From Octopus sinensis (Eukaryota): a DNA stretch of 64,000 bases. Below, piece after piece: positions 42,626-56,214 of the stretch. Where the stretch lies: positions 930,001 to 994,000 of the forward strand of contig NC_043004.1 in assembly GCF_006345805.1 (NCBI RefSeq), in the 5' to 3' direction. Below the pieces are notes generated by a model, which worked only from the letters and a program-made list of their open reading frames with translations, was not told the DNA's origin and did not search any database. The translations under genes were made by a program, and so were the position numbers. Position 1 is the stretch's first letter. Each line of letters begins with the position of its first letter.

Positions 42626-42687
<62 letters not shown>

Positions 42688-42860
42688 TAATAATAACATC
42701 GAAAAATACCTTAGGGATGAGAACTCAGGTTTGAAATTTCCCCAAAACAGGTTGGAGGATATATCAGCCAAAACATTGTGTTAAGAACAAACAAGATGAG
42801 GGCAAATATCCGTCAAATGTAAATAATGTACATAATTCCTCATCTCTTAAATATAGAACG
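41800..42860. mobile_element. Head-to-head pair of tRNA-headed, hammerhead-bearing SINEs
   Basis: Heads at 42472-42534 (minus) and 42550-42617 (plus) with A/B-box-like motifs, each followed by (AAT)n and the same body. The left copy is interrupted at 41957-42405. Confidence 0.7.
41867..41910 (-). ncRNA. Hammerhead ribozyme motif inside a SINE, probably inactivated
   Basis: ACAC - CTGATGA - A - GGCTG gagggtatat CAGCC - GAAA - C A T T - GTGT. Stem III has a C.A mismatch where C-G is expected. Confidence 0.6.
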
Positions 42861-44532
42861 GTGGGAACAGAGTTGATAAAAATCTTTTTAAAAGGCATAA
42901 TACATTGGTGGTTCTAAAACAAAAGGGATATTATTTTGGGCACATTTAAAATGGTCAGTTGGCAGAATCGTTAGCATGCCAAGCAAAATGCTTAGCGGTA
43001 TTTCGTCTCCCGCTACATTGTGAGTTCAAATTCTGCCAACGTCAACTTTGCCTTTCATCCTTTTTGGGTCAATAAAATAAGTACCAGTTACGCACTGGAG
43101 TTGATGTAATCAAATCCAGAAGAGATGTTATATTAGGAAAAATACAACAGGAACTGGCCTATCATCAGTGTACATACATTTATGTATGTTTGATAACTAT
43201 AATCATCATCATCGTTTAATGTCCGTTTTCCATGCTGGCATGTTTTGGACGGTTTGACTAAGGGCTGGCAAGCCAGAAGCTGCACCAGGCTCCTAATAAT
43301 AATAATAATAATAATAATAGTGAAGAAGAACACATTGCATATATATCTTTGACCTTTCACTTGTTTTAGTCTTCAGACAGTGGCCATGCTGGGGCATTAC
43401 CTTGAAGGGTTTAGATGAATGAAGTGACCCCAGTACTTTTTCTCTTTTTAAATTTATGACAGGTATAGGCATGGCTGTTTGGTGAGAAGTTTGCTTCTCA
43501 ATCACATGGTTCCAGGTTCAGTCCCACTGCACAACACCTCGGGGAAGGGTATTCCACAATAACCCTGAACCAATCAAAGCCCTGTGAGTGGATTTGGTAG
43601 AAGGAAACTGAAAGAAACTCGTTTATAGGCGCAGGAGTGGCTGTGTGGTAAGTAGCTTGCTTACGAACCACATGGTTCCAGGTTCAGTCCCACTGCAAGT
43701 CACCTTGGGTAAGTGTCTTCTACTATAGCCTCAGGCCAACCAAAATCTTGTGAGTGGATTTGGTAGATGGAAACTGAAAGAAGCGCACCATCGATCATGG
43801 CCGTTTGCCAGCCTCATCTGGCACCTGTGCCAGTGGCACGTAAAAAGCACCCACTACACTCACGGAGTGGTTGGCGTTAGGAAGGGCATCCAGCCATAGA
43901 AACATTTCCAGATCGGACTGGGCCTGGTGCAGCCTTCTGGCTTCCCAGACCCTAGTTGAACCGTCCAACCCATGCTAGCATGGAAAGCGGACACTAAACG
44001 ATGATGATGATGATGATATATATATATACATATATGTATGTATGTGTGTGTATATGTTTCTGTGTCTGTGCTTGTCCCCCCAACATCGCTTGACAACCGA
44101 TGGTGGTGTGTTTATGTCCCCCTAACTTAGTGGTTCGGCAAGCGAGACTGATAGAATAAGTACTAGGCTTACAAAGAATAAGTTCTGGGGTCGATTTGCT
44201 CGACTAAAAAAGGTGGTACTCCAGCATGGCCGCAGTCAAATGACTGAAACAAGTAAAAGAGTAAAAGAGATACATACGTATCGATGTGCGTGTTTGTGTC
44301 TGTCCCATACCACTGCTTGACAACCTATGCTGGTTAGTTTATGTCCCTGTAACTTAGCAGTTCAGCAAAAGAGACTGATAGAATAAGTACCAAGGCTTAC
44401 AGGAAAACTAAAAAGTACTAGGGTCAATTCATTTGACAAAACATCATCAGAGTGGTGCCGCAGCATGGCCACAGTATAATGATTGACACAAGTAAAAGAT
44501 ACACAATAAAAAGATATCAGCTGTATATTTAC

Positions 44533-44664
44533 CTCGCTCCACACTTCCTCCCGTGGCAAGTGTATAAGGTCATCATGGACTACAACTTTCGAGAGGAGCT
44601 CCTTCAGCAAGCAGCAAATACCCCAGACATCAGCATTATTGAAATGATCATATTTAAATCGAAA
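44533..44664 (-). CDS. Pseudokinase exon, subdomains IX-X (FRFKYDHFNNADVWGICCLLKELLSKVVVHDDLIHLPREEVWSE), phase 0->0
   Basis: Acceptor ttatttttacag|TTT, donor GAG|gtaaat. 132 nt; DVWGICCLLKELL matches DVWSxGxLLxEL. Confidence 0.9.
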
Positions 44665-45289
44665 CTGTAAAAATAATAAATTGAAATAATTATAATTAAA
44701 TCGAAACTATAAAAATAATAAACGTTTCCTCATTAGTAATAATATATAATATAAAGGCGGTGAGCTGGCAGAATCGTTAGCACGCCGGGCGAAATGCTTA
44801 GCGGTATTTCATCTGCCGCTACGTTCTGAGTTCAAATTCCGCCGAGGTCGACTTTGTTTTTCATCCTTTCGGGGTCGATTAAATAAGTACCAGTTACGCA
44901 CTGGGGTCGATGAAATCGACTTAATCCGTTTGTCTGTCCTTGTTTATCCTCTCTGTGTTCATCCCCTTGTGGGTAGTAAAGAAATAGGTATCTCGTCTGC
45001 CGTTACGTTCTGAGTTCAAATCCCGCCGATGTCGACTTTACCTTTCATTCTTTCGGGGTCGATAAATTAAGTACCAGTTGCGTACTGGGGTCGATATAAT
45101 CGACTGCCCCACTCCCCCAAAATTTCGAAGTAGAAAAAAATATATAATTTTGTCTATTAAACATTGTAACGCAGCGTACGATGTAAGGGAGGTAACTCAC
45201 TATTAGTTGCCAAATAAAGTCGAACGTTGGCGGATTGACGTTCTTTCTAAAATATGTTTTCACTTTTCCGATCGATTTCTACGCAATTA

Positions 45290-45771
45290 CCGTAAATCTT
45301 CGAGTATAATCCGCATTTTTCCCCCCCAAAATTTAACGGCAAAAATCCCTAGTGCGTACTATATACGAGGTTAAAAATGAAAATTATTTTTTAAGTAACG
45401 TCCGAGTCTCTATTTGCTGTCCGGCAATGTTTATTCAGACGCATTTTGTGATGTCGGGCGCGAAAATACCTTAAATCATCCATAACTTTCAGTAAGCAAC
45501 TTTTATTAAACGTTATTACTGTTATTTCTTTATTTTCTGCAAACAAAATGCTAAAAAAAGCTACACGTTTGCCTTATGTTATATATAGAATAATAATAAA
45601 GGACGTTAGCGTATACATTTTTACAAACCAAGGACGTTCTATAGACCTCCTTGACTCAAGTTAGAGAAAGGGTGCGTATTATACACAAGGTTTAGGTTTT
45701 TCAGAGGTGCAGCCCCCTAAAAATCCCCTGTGTATTATACTCAAGGGCGGACTATACTCGAGGATTTACGG
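45290..45771. mobile_element. Tc1/mariner-superfamily (pogo-like) MITE
   Basis: TIRs ccgtaaatcttcgagtataatccgc / gcggactatactcgaggatttacgg with TA TSD. Confidence 0.8.
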
Positions 45772-46729
45772 TATGCACTTGGCTTTCCTTCAATGTCTGT
45801 GTGTGTTTGTTAGCATGTTGATAAATCGTACAGTAATAAACCAAGCAACAAATTGTCCCACACAACCATTTGACAGTGTTGGTTTGTTTACGTCCCCACA
45901 ATTTAGTGGCTAAGCGAGAAAAAAAATAGAAAGAAATCAAAACACATATACAAATGAATAAGCACTAGGATTTTAAAAAAAATAAGTACATGGGTGGATT
46001 TGTTCAATGAAACCCTTCCAGAGAGTACTCCAGCATGACCATAGTCTGATGACTGAAACAAGCAGGAGATAATAACTTAGAAAGGTTTTGGCCAGTATTG
46101 GCCCAGGTCATGTCTAACTTAATAGCACCACCTGGTGATAGAAGATTAAAAGTATGTACATGTCATTTTTTACCTGTTTTAATGATTGGACAGCAGGTAA
46201 GAGAATTGGAAATGAAATTCCAGATGTAGAAGCAGAACCTGGAATCAAAGGACCTTAAATTTGGCCCTGGCAAGGACCAAAGCTGTTGCTGTTAGCAAGA
46301 AAGCAGATAAGACTTTCTTTCCATCAGGTGAATGACATTGCTCAATATATACTCTTTACTCTTTTATTTGTTTCAGTCATTTCACTGCGGCCATGCTGGA
46401 GCACCGCCTTTAGTTGAGCAAATCAACCCCAGGACTTATTCTTTGTAAGCCTAATACTTATTCTATCGGTGTCTTTTGCCAAACCACTAGGTTACAGGGA
46501 TGTAAACACACCAGCATTGGTTATCAAGCGATGTTGGGGGGACAAACACAGACACACACACATAAATACATATATATATACATATATACATACATATATA
46601 CGATGGGCTTCTTTCAGTTTCCATCTACCAAATCCACTCACAAGGCTTTGGTCAGCCCAAGACTATAGTAGAAGACACTTGCCCAAGGTGCCACACAGTG
46701 GGACTGAACCTGGAACCATGTGTTTGAAG

Positions 46730-47230
46730 AAATTCTATTTGGTGCACCCCAGTGCAAGCTATAGACATATGGGAGGTGCAGTGGAGTCACAGGTGGGTCA
46801 ACAATGACAGTCGTTTTTGCATGTGGTAAATGTGCAGGAGCAATAGACACTGGGACAGACAGGGATTAGATTTCCTCAAATGCCCAGGTGGATCCCTAGA
46901 GATTGTGGATGGTTTCTGTTTCCTAAATGATCAAATTGGCAATGGAGAAGGGCAGTTTGAAGGTACGGTTGCTGGAATAAGAATAGGATGGATTCCAAGA
47001 ACTATTATCTTTGTTGGCGATGAGGTGGAGTGACAATGGGCTCTAACAAAGAGCAAAGGTCGGGTTGTATGGTACTTGTGTTTGAACGGCTACGCTCCAT
47101 GGTGGTGAGACATGGACTCTGAATGCAAAGAGCTTGCAAAGACTGGAGAGAAATGAGGCTAGTTACTTAGAGATCTTGTCAGTGGTTGTGCAATGCACTC
47201 TGTAAAGGACACCTAGCCAAAACTGACATT
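46730..47230 (+). mobile_element. Decayed RTE-type LINE fragment
   Basis: LEIVDGFCFLNDQIGNG....VAGIRIGW, matching the region after the RT core of RTE elements. Confidence 0.7.
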
Positions 47231-47329
47231 GGAACTAGGAGCTAACCTCTGAGATTGTCAGTTACTTTCAAACCATACCAACATGGCAAAGGGGACATTA
47301 AATGATATGTGTATATGTGTGTATACATG

Positions 47330-47380
<51 letters not shown>

Positions 47381-47854
47381 ATATATTCTGAAGAAGGTTG
47401 ACCAACTGCCAACTCTAGCCAGCAGGTATCCGCTACTGAAGATGGGAAAAGACCTAGAAACCATGTCCTACTGGTCCTGATAAAGCTAGAGGGGAGTAGT
47501 TTGCTCCCTTTCTCACAAGATACCAGACACAGGTTGTGTGTCATTAACCAGCTGGAAAAGATGTATTCTTACTACACAGCCACCCTTGTGCCTATTAATA
47601 TTTTTTTTAATATATTTATATATGTGTCTTTGTGTTTGTCTCTCACTACTGCTTCACAACCAGTGTTGGTTTGTTTACATCACCATAACTTATCGGTTTG
47701 GCAAATAGAGACTGACAGAATAAGTACTAGACTTAAAATAACTACTGGCATAGATTTGTTCAAAGTGGTGCTTCAGCATGGTCGCTGTCCAATAACTGAA
47801 ACAAGTAAAAGATAAAAGATTTTAAATATTCTCAACAAATCAAAGAATACTTAC

Positions 47855-47985
47855 TTCTGGGGGCAAAATTGTTGGGAATACTAGATTCTGTGTTGTTTCT
47901 ATGTTCAGGTGTGAAGTGAGAGAAGCTCCCAGGTGAAAGTTCGTTAACTGTGGAATTCCTTTCTCATTCAATAATAAATTATTAG
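47855..47985 (-). CDS. Pseudokinase exon, subdomains VIb-VIII (S-NNLLLNEKGIPQLTNFHLGASLTSHLNIETTQNLVFPTILPPE), phase 1->0
   Basis: Acceptor ggtttttcag|CT, donor GAA|gtaagt. 131 nt; NLLL..G.PQLTNFH matches NILL..G.xKLxDFG, and PPE matches APE. Confidence 0.9.
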
Positions 47986-48418
47986 CTGAAAAACCACAAA
48001 GTTAAACAGATCAGTTTCAGAATGACTGTAATGATAAGAATCCCAAATAGTATCTCTGCAACTATATATATCCTTTCTACTAAAGGCACAAGGCCTGGAA
48101 TTTTGGGGCAGGGGACTAGTTGATAATATCGACCCCAGTGTTTCACTGGTACTTAATTTATTGACCCCAAAAGGATGAAACTATATATATATGTAAAGGT
48201 AACACGCATTAACAAAGGGATGTAGGTTCAACTCCCAAGCAGATATGAAAGCCTTCTTTTTTCTGTCGAGGGCTTATATGTCCTTTTATTAGACTATTTT
48301 CCTTAGTCATTGCACGGTGAATGCTATAAGCTAATATAAAAATATCATTATTATTATTTACAGGATTGTAAAAACAGCACTGTATAAAAATCCATTATCA
48401 CCGAAAGCATATATATAT

Positions 48419-48892
48419 ACTAGCAGCATAGCCCGGCGTTGCCCGGGTATGTAAGAGCCCCTAGTAGGCAACGACTAATCCCAATCTAGTCCTTTCCCTC
48501 TAATTTCCTGCCAATTTGTGAAAACGCGATTTTCCAAAATGGCATGATTTTATCGATTTTTTCTGATGGTAAGGTATTGCATGGAAAACTAACATCAGAA
48601 TTAAGTTTCTTAGGGTAACATTAAGCTTCACCATGAGTTTGGTGAAAATCGATTGCAAGTTGCGAAAACTACAACAGAAAATGTGTTGCATATAAAAAGC
48701 TTAGATTCTTGACCCCGTGTCGAATTTATCGATTTTTTCAGAACTGGGGGAACTTTTCAAAATTTTCGCTGCGTTAGTTTTGAATTATGACATTGGGCTA
48801 TGTGTGTGTCAAGTTTCATCAGAATCGGTTGAAAGCTGTAGTCAGGGTGAGGGTACAACCTGACAGACACACAGACAGACAAACTGCCGTTT
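48419..48892 (+). mobile_element. Non-autonomous Helitron-like (Lep1/HINE-type) element
   Basis: 5' actagcagcatagcccggcgttgcccggg and 3' gacagacacacagacagac followed by a (TA)n run. Confidence 0.6.
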
Positions 48893-48918
48893 ATATATAT
48901 ATATATATATATATATAA

Positions 48919-48961
<43 letters not shown>

Positions 48962-49005
48962 TATATATAAATATATATATATATATTATATATATATATA
49001 TATAA

Positions 49006-49049
<44 letters not shown>

Positions 49050-49364
49050 GAGGTTACAAGAGATAATGTTGTCATTGAGACCCAAAGGTGTCAGGTAATG
49101 CTGAATAAGTGCTATAGACAGACCATAGTTAAGTTCCAGATTCGGTAATATTGCGAATAAAGGGTTTAACGTTGGTTCTATGTCAGCGTGTGTGTATAAG
49201 AATTTTTTGCGTAATAAGATAAAACACCAAGGCTGTATGTATATTATATTATACACACACACACACACATCTATTGTGTATATGCTAGCTATGAAACTTC
49301 TGCAATGATGGCAACCAGATTCAAATAATTGAATGTATAAATGAAATTCAATTCAAAGACTTAC

Positions 49365-49484
49365 ATGTCCAAGCTAGAAATAAGATTCCATTTTCATTGA
49401 GGTATTTGGCAGCTTCGATTAATTTTAAGATTATGTCTTTTATTTCAGCAGCGTATAAAGCATTAAGTTTTCTGTGTAATGGTT
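49365..49484 (-). CDS. Pseudokinase exon, subdomains VIa-VIb (E-PLHRKLNALYAAEIKDIILKLIEAAKYLNENGILFLAWT), phase 1->1
   Basis: Acceptor ttttattcctgttgcag|AA, donor ACAT|gtaagt. 120 nt; KYLNENGI-LFLA aligns with YLHxxGI-vHRD. Confidence 0.9.
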
Positions 49485-52400
49485 CTGCAACAGGAATAAA
49501 ACATAAATATATACAAATAAACAACGATCTTCATATTTATATGTAACACACACACAGGCTGAAGATCTTAATTAAGTTAACAAGCTATCAAGCAACTGTC
49601 ACCATCATCCTATCATATTTATTTAGCATGTTGCCATGTTCTGCTACTCTATATTTCGTTTTTCGCCCTTTTCAAGCCTAGCCAGGCTCATGGACCCGGT
49701 TTCTGTGGCGTATGTGTTCCCCCCAGCTGGACGGGACGCCAGTCCATCACAGCATTACTCAAGAAACAGGAAGAAAGAGTGAGAGAAAGTTGTGGCGAAA
49801 GAGTATAACAGGGGTCGCCACCACCCCCTACAGGAGCTTCTTGGAGCTTTTAGGTGTTTTCGCTCAATAAACACACGCAACGCCCGGTCTGGGAATCAAA
49901 ACCACGATCAACCGACTGCGAGTCCGCTGCCCTAACCACTGGGCCAATATGCCTCCAAATGCCCATTCTCAAGCCATGCCAGGCTCATAAGGGCCGGTTT
50001 CTGGTTTCAGTGGCGTAGAAATTCCCCACCTGGACGGGACGCCAGTCCGTTGCAGGATTATTCATTTTTGCCAGCTGAGTGGACTGGAGCAGCGTGAAAA
50101 GAAGGGTTTTGCTCAAGAACACGACACATAGCCCGGTCCAGGAATCAAAACCACAACCTTATGATCATGAATTCAACACCCTAACTACTAAGCCACACGC
50201 CTCCACTATGTGCCCTTTTAAAGCTTAACCAGGCTCATGGGCCCGGTTTCCCAGTTTCCATGGCATATGTGTTCCCCAGCTGGACAGGACACCAGTCCAT
50301 CGCAGTGTTACTCATTTTTGCCAGCTGAGTGGATGGGAGCAACGTGAAATGAAGTGTTTTGCTCAAGAACACAATGCGTCACCCGGTCCGGGAATGGAAA
50401 CCACAATCTTACCATCACAATGCTGACACCCTAACCACTAAGTCACATGCCTCTACTGCTACTCTGTATTGCAAGTTCATAATCCACTAGAGTTGACTTC
50501 ACTCTTTTATTTGCACAGATGCCATCCTATCACACACATCTCCAGGAAGAGACAGTGTCCAAGAAAATAAGAATCTATCATAAACTGGTTCAATTCTACA
50601 AACGAATACCTTCATCATCATCATTTAACGTCCATTTCCCATGCTAGCATGGGTTTTTTACAAATTTGTGACCTTATGACCTAAATGTTAAACAATAAAA
50701 TAAGTAATTGTATGTATGTATGCATACATACATACATACATACAAACATGCACGCACACATACATACATATAAATGCCAGGTGCAGTTTCACTGCTCAGC
50801 ACTGCACAAGTATCTCCAATAGTCACAGACCGACCAATGCCTTGTGATTAGATGGACTAAAAATGCCAACTGTGTCATCATCATCAACAACATCATCATT
50901 TAACGTCCATTTTCCATGCTGGCATGGGTTGGACAGTTCAACAAGTGCTGATAGGCTGGAGAACTACACCAGGCTTCGTTTGTGTGTTTTGGCAGGGTTT
51001 CTATGGCTCGATGCCCTTCCTGATGCCAACCACTTTACAGAGTGCTTTTATGTGGCACCAGTGGAGTTACCAAGTAGCTTGCAAGACAAAGTCATCTCAG
51101 CTGAGAGAGTGGGGTGGGGTAGTGTGGAACTGAGGAAAATGTCTGTGATCCAGGTGAGAGGCTGGAATAGAAAGTGGGGCAGAAATAATTGTCTTGCTAT
51201 AGAGGGAATACTTTGCTAGCCCAGAGGAATGGGAGAGAGTTCAGGAAAAATAAAGAGACAGCCAGGATAGGAGAGAGAAAAATAGATGGTGTTGGAGATG
51301 TATTGGGGCCAGGAGGATGTTCCATAAGAGTGTGAGAAACTGTTAAGGAACATCTCTAGGTACACATATGGGTTTGTTGAGGGTTATGCTGCTCCTAAGT
51401 CCAAACAATATATGAAACAAATATAAAGTTATTCTAAAATATCATTCTGCATGTGGTGCTCCAGCTGAGCCAGTCTTTTGGGCCAAAATGCATAAAAGAA
51501 TAAAAGATTAATATTTCTACCAATTTATTACACATTTCTACAGCCTCCATCATTCAGAATTTCTCTTCTTTTCTTATCTTTTTTCCCCCCATTCTTTCTC
51601 CTCTTTCCTAGGATTTTCTTTGTGTATTTGACAAAGGATTATGTCCAAAGCATTAAACATGAAACTCTATGATTTTAACTTTGTAACATTTTTCCTCCTT
51701 TGAGTACCAACCTAATAAAATTAACAACGAAGACCCGATAAATGAAGTGAATTCATGGCTCACAGGACGGCCTGCTGTGCTTATCTTGGATCGTAGGGTG
51801 ACCCGGTGTGCTTGAGGAGACCTATTGAGTCAAGTACATCAACATCAAAATAAATATCAAATGGAAATTGTAGTTGTGATACCCGTGTCGGTGGCATGTA
51901 AAAAGCACCGTCTGAACGTTGTTGATGCCAGCGCTGCCTTCGCTGGCGTCCATGCCGGTGGCACATAAAAAGCACCAACCGATTGTGAACATTGCCAGCC
52001 TCCTCTGGCCCCTCTGCCAGTGGCACGTAAAAAGCACCCACTACATTCATGGAGTGGTTGGCGTTAGGAAGGGCATCCAGCTGTAGAAACACTGCCAGAT
52101 CAGACTGGAGCTTGGTGCAGCCTCCTAGCTTCCCAGACCCCAGTCAAACCGTCCAACCCATGCTAGCATGGAAAACAGACGTTAAACGATGATGATGATG
52201 AATGAATATACCCTACATTGTTGTTGTTTGTGATTACTGTTATGGATTCTGAATAAGGTTTTTTGACAAAAACACCAGTTGCCCAAGCACACAATCTCCC
52301 CCTCTCTCTGATGTTTATCTAAAATAAAAAACACCGCTGCCTTAAGCTGATAGACTTTAGCATCAGGGTCATTTCAGGAACTGCCGTCAGAATACAAAGA

Positions 52401-52589
52401 ACCAGAAGAGATGCTGCAAGGCACCTTCCCCTATTCTGTAATAGTTCCATTAATCCACTGGCCAGGTTTGGGACTTTTCATATTGTTCCTAAAACGGTGA
52501 AAGACACATATGACTTTAACCATTTAAACATGGGAAACAGGTTTATCCACTCAAAATTCTATGACTTCAACAGCTTTGCAAAGACTTTC

Positions 52590-53657
52590 TCTGAGCTGTG
52601 TGAAACTCCACCTCTCTAACACCCGTGGACATGTTTACAAAGTCAGAAAACAGCACAGCTCCCATGATTTTCGGAAACATTTTTTCACGCTAAGGAACAA
52701 ACTGCCGGTATCAGTTGTTAGCTGTCAAAGCACTGCATCCTTCAAAACTTCCATACTTCCTGAGATTCGCCAACACTACACCCCTTCATACACACGCAGG
52801 TATGAACCTGACTCATACACTGTTCACTTCCCAGACATTTGTACATTACTGCATATGCTTCATATGCACTTTTGACAAGTTGTGGTGCACCTGAGCACTG
52901 TATACAATAATTTTATTATTATTATTATTATAACCCTGCGTCCACATACTCCCTCCACAACACTGATATCAAGAAATCCTCTTGCGAGCGTGACCTAGGC
53001 ATCACTGTCAGCAGTGATTTGCGTTGGACAAAGCATATCTCTAAAATTGTCAAGAAGGCCGAGGGTGTCTTGGCATCACTCAGCAAGACTTTTGTTAGCC
53101 GCTCTCCAGCCATCTATTTAAAACTGTATACAGCTATGGTACGACCACACTTGGAATTCACATCATCAGTTTGGAATCCCTATCTTGCTCAGAACATTGA
53201 CCTCCTGGAATCTGTCCAGAGACGTGCAACCAAACGCATACCCTCCATCAGACACCTACCATATTCTGAGCGCCTTGTTTCCCTGGGCATGGATTCACTG
53301 AAGCTCCGGCATCTAGCGACGGACTTGGTAAACACCCACAAGGTTATCAACCACCTCACCAACAACAACACTGAACACCTTTTTGATCTCCATGTGTCTA
53401 ACACACGTGGACATGCCTACAAAGTCAGAAAACAGCACAGCTCCCATGACTTTCGGAAACATTTTTTCACGCTCAGGGTTGCTGAAGCGTGGAATAAACT
53501 GCCTGCATCAGTTGTTGACTGCCATGACACTGCATCCTTTAAGGCCCTCATGCTTCCCGAAATCCGTCGAAACTACACCTGATTATATATACACTTTAGA
53601 TGAGTTGTAGTGCACCTGAGCACTGTACACAATTATTATTATTATTATTATTATTAT
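52590..53657 (+). mobile_element. Two tandem 3' fragments of a CR1-clade LINE
   Basis: KLYTAMVRPHLEF.SSVWNPY..LESVQRRATK..YSERL..NTRGH..FF..RV..WNKLP. Each copy ends gtgcacctgagcactgta plus (ATT)n, at about 52931 and 53657. Confidence 0.9.
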
Positions 53658-54190
53658 AAACAGAGGCACTCTTAGACACCTTTTTGCAAAAGACAATTTT
53701 CCAGATTTTTCTTCACTTGCTTCACATATTTCATCAAATATTTCTTTAAAGTGCAAGAATCAAATACTTTTAGTAGTGGGCACGGGTGTTGCTGTGCGGA
53801 AAGAAACCTGCTTTGCAACCACACGGTTTCTGCGACTTTTGAAAATATATAAGTAAAGGGGAGGTAACATAGTTTGTCGTTTCAAATCTTCTAACACTGC
53901 CATACATGTTTCTCTCCCCTGACATATTTTTACTCTGCAGTTACTATTTATCTTTTATTCTATTACTTGTTTCAGTCATGAAACTGCGGCCATGCTGGGG
54001 CACCGACTTTTTGAGTAGAACTAATCGACCCCAGTGCTTTTCTTTTTAAGCCTGGTCGAACCGCTACGTTAAGGAGACGTAAAAGCACCAAGCGGTGTTG
54101 GGAGGACAGCACGTGGAAAATGCAAAACATAGTTGACACGTTGCTAAGATGAGAAGAAAAAATATGGATAAGATGATGTGTGATACATAC

Positions 54191-54341
54191 CACAATAGAA
54201 CTTGGAACAAAAATAAAGTTCGTTTCTGTTTAGGATAATCCAGTTAATTGGGATAATGTACTGATATTGGAGGGAACCAATCTTCTTTAGAACAGTGAAA
54301 CATTCGCTCAAATAATTCTGCTGATGCTGAACATTCTGGCA
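54191..54341 (-). CDS. Pseudokinase exon, subdomains III-V (CQNVQHQQNYLSECFTVLKKIGSLQYQYIIPINWIILNRNELYFCSKFYC), phase 0->1
   Basis: Acceptor tttgttattccag|TGC, donor TGTG|gtatgt. 151 nt; resembles the E..VLKKL..HxNI...LY...EY pattern. Confidence 0.85.
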
Positions 54342-54363
54342 CTGGAATAACAAATGACAACGG

Positions 54364-54407
<44 letters not shown>

Positions 54408-54514
54408 GCAATTTAAACAATGATAGACATAAACCAAATCATAAATAAAAAATAAAATTTTTTTTTTTTCAAAACATAGCTAGATCACAAAAAGTATAAA
54501 AATGAATAATCAAT

Positions 54515-54688
54515 ATAGGCGCAGGAGTGGCTGTGTGGTAAGTAGCTTGCTAACCAACCACATGGTTCCGGGTTCAGTCCCACTGCGTGGCATCTTGGGC
54601 AAGTGTCTTCTGCTCTAGCCTCGGGCCGACCAAAGCCTTGTGAGTGGATTTGGTAGACGGAAACTGAAAGAAGCCCGTTGTATATATG

Positions 54689-54723
<35 letters not shown>

Positions 54724-54920
54724 CTGCGTTTGTCCCTCTAGCATTGCTTGACAACCGATGCTGGTGTGTTTACGTCCCCGTCACTTAACGGTTTGGCAAA
54801 AGAGGCCGATAGAATAAGTACTGGGCTTACAAAGAATAAGTCCTGGGGTCGATTTTACTTGACTAAAAGGCGGTGCTCCAGCATGGCCGCAGTCAAATGA
54901 CTGAAACAAGTAAAAGAGTA
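54515..54920 (+). mobile_element. Representative copy of the dominant tRNA-derived SINE with an internal (TA/TG)n tract
   Basis: Head ggcgcaggagtggctgtgtggtaagtagc..ggttccgggttcagtccc; tail gcatggccgcagtcaaatgactgaaacaagtaaaagag. Other copies at about 13300, 14290, 35885, 43450-44230, 46360 (minus), 59690 (minus) and 60800. Confidence 0.85.
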
Positions 54921-55219
54921 TATAATAAGTTATTATATATTATTATATATATTATCATATATAATAATAAACTTATTATATATTGATTATTCATTTTTGT
55001 ACTTTTTGTGATCAAGCTATGTTTTGAAAAAAAATATATTTTATTTTTTATTTATGATTTGGTTTATGTCTATCATTGTTTGAATTGCATAATAGTGGTT
55101 TTTCTCTAATTTATATATATTATATAGTTATATTGTGAAATTTGATTTAATACTAAATTGCATTTTTCCCTGTAAGTTTGGAGTTATACTCCTATTATTA
55201 TTATTATAATTATTATTAT

Positions 55220-55254
<35 letters not shown>

Positions 55255-55718
55255 AGGGAGATAGAGAGATAAAGAGATTTTACAAAATTTCACTTACTGT
55301 TCTCTCTTTTACTCTTCCCCTTTCTCTCTCTCTCTCTCTGGTCATATTTATTTGGTTTGAAGGTGTGGTATTGTTAGGATTTCCTTTGGTAAAATGCTTT
55401 GTCTGCCATTTTATGTGACATGAGAGGTAGTTGGTTATTTGCATAAAGAGGGATAAGGCACAAATATTCGGAGCTTCAACATCGATTGTAGTATTTATTA
55501 GGGCACTGATGAGATGAACGTATAACTGCATAATGTTTCTATCCTGATTATGTAATCATTTCAGCGTTTTACTGAAACACGTATGTGTCCAACAAAGCTT
55601 TGGATGCTACATCTGTTTTCTGCTTATTATTTATATATATATATAAATATATGTGTGTGAGTGTGTGTGTGTATGTGTGTAAAATCTTTACAGTAGTAAC
55701 TAGAAGGAATAGACTTAC

Positions 55719-55850
55719 TTTAGTTACTATGACATATTCTTTGTTCAGATGCATCAGGTTACTCACTCCACAGATTGGCAACTCTTTTAACTTCACTTTT
55801 GTACAATTCTTAACATCGTTTGCTGACTTAAATTCACAAGTGTTCGAAAA
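55719..55850 (-). CDS. Pseudokinase exon, degenerate subdomains I-II (FSNTCEFKSANDVKNCTKVKLKELPICGVSNLMHLNKEYVIVTK), phase 0->0
   Basis: Acceptor cttgtttcag|TTT, donor AAA|gtaagt. 132 nt; VIVTK sits at the VAIK position. Confidence 0.85.
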
Positions 55851-56214
55851 CTGAAACAAGCAAGGTAATAAATAATGATAATAATAATAATAATAATAAT
55901 AATGATGGTGATGGTGATGATGGTGATGATGGTGATGATGATGATGGTGATGGTGATGGTGTTGGTGATGATGATGATGAGGATGATCTTCTTCTTCTTC
56001 TTTTTTTTGCCCCAGTATACCTACTGGAGGAGTTAATTCGATCCTATAAAATATTATCAAAAATGAAGTAGATTGACACTAGATGCTGAAATATCGTTCA
56101 GTTCATAACAATGGCACTCTTCTTTTTTTTTTGCTTCTATATACCTTCTGGAGGAGTTACCTTAATCCTATAAAATATTAATAATAATAATAATAATAAT
56201 AATATAATAATAAT

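Noticed and set aside
51640-51710. Candidate kinase subdomain IV-V exon (GWYSKEEKCYKVKIIEFH)
   Set aside because: There is no phase-1 donor, and exon 54191-54341 already supplies this region with correct phases.
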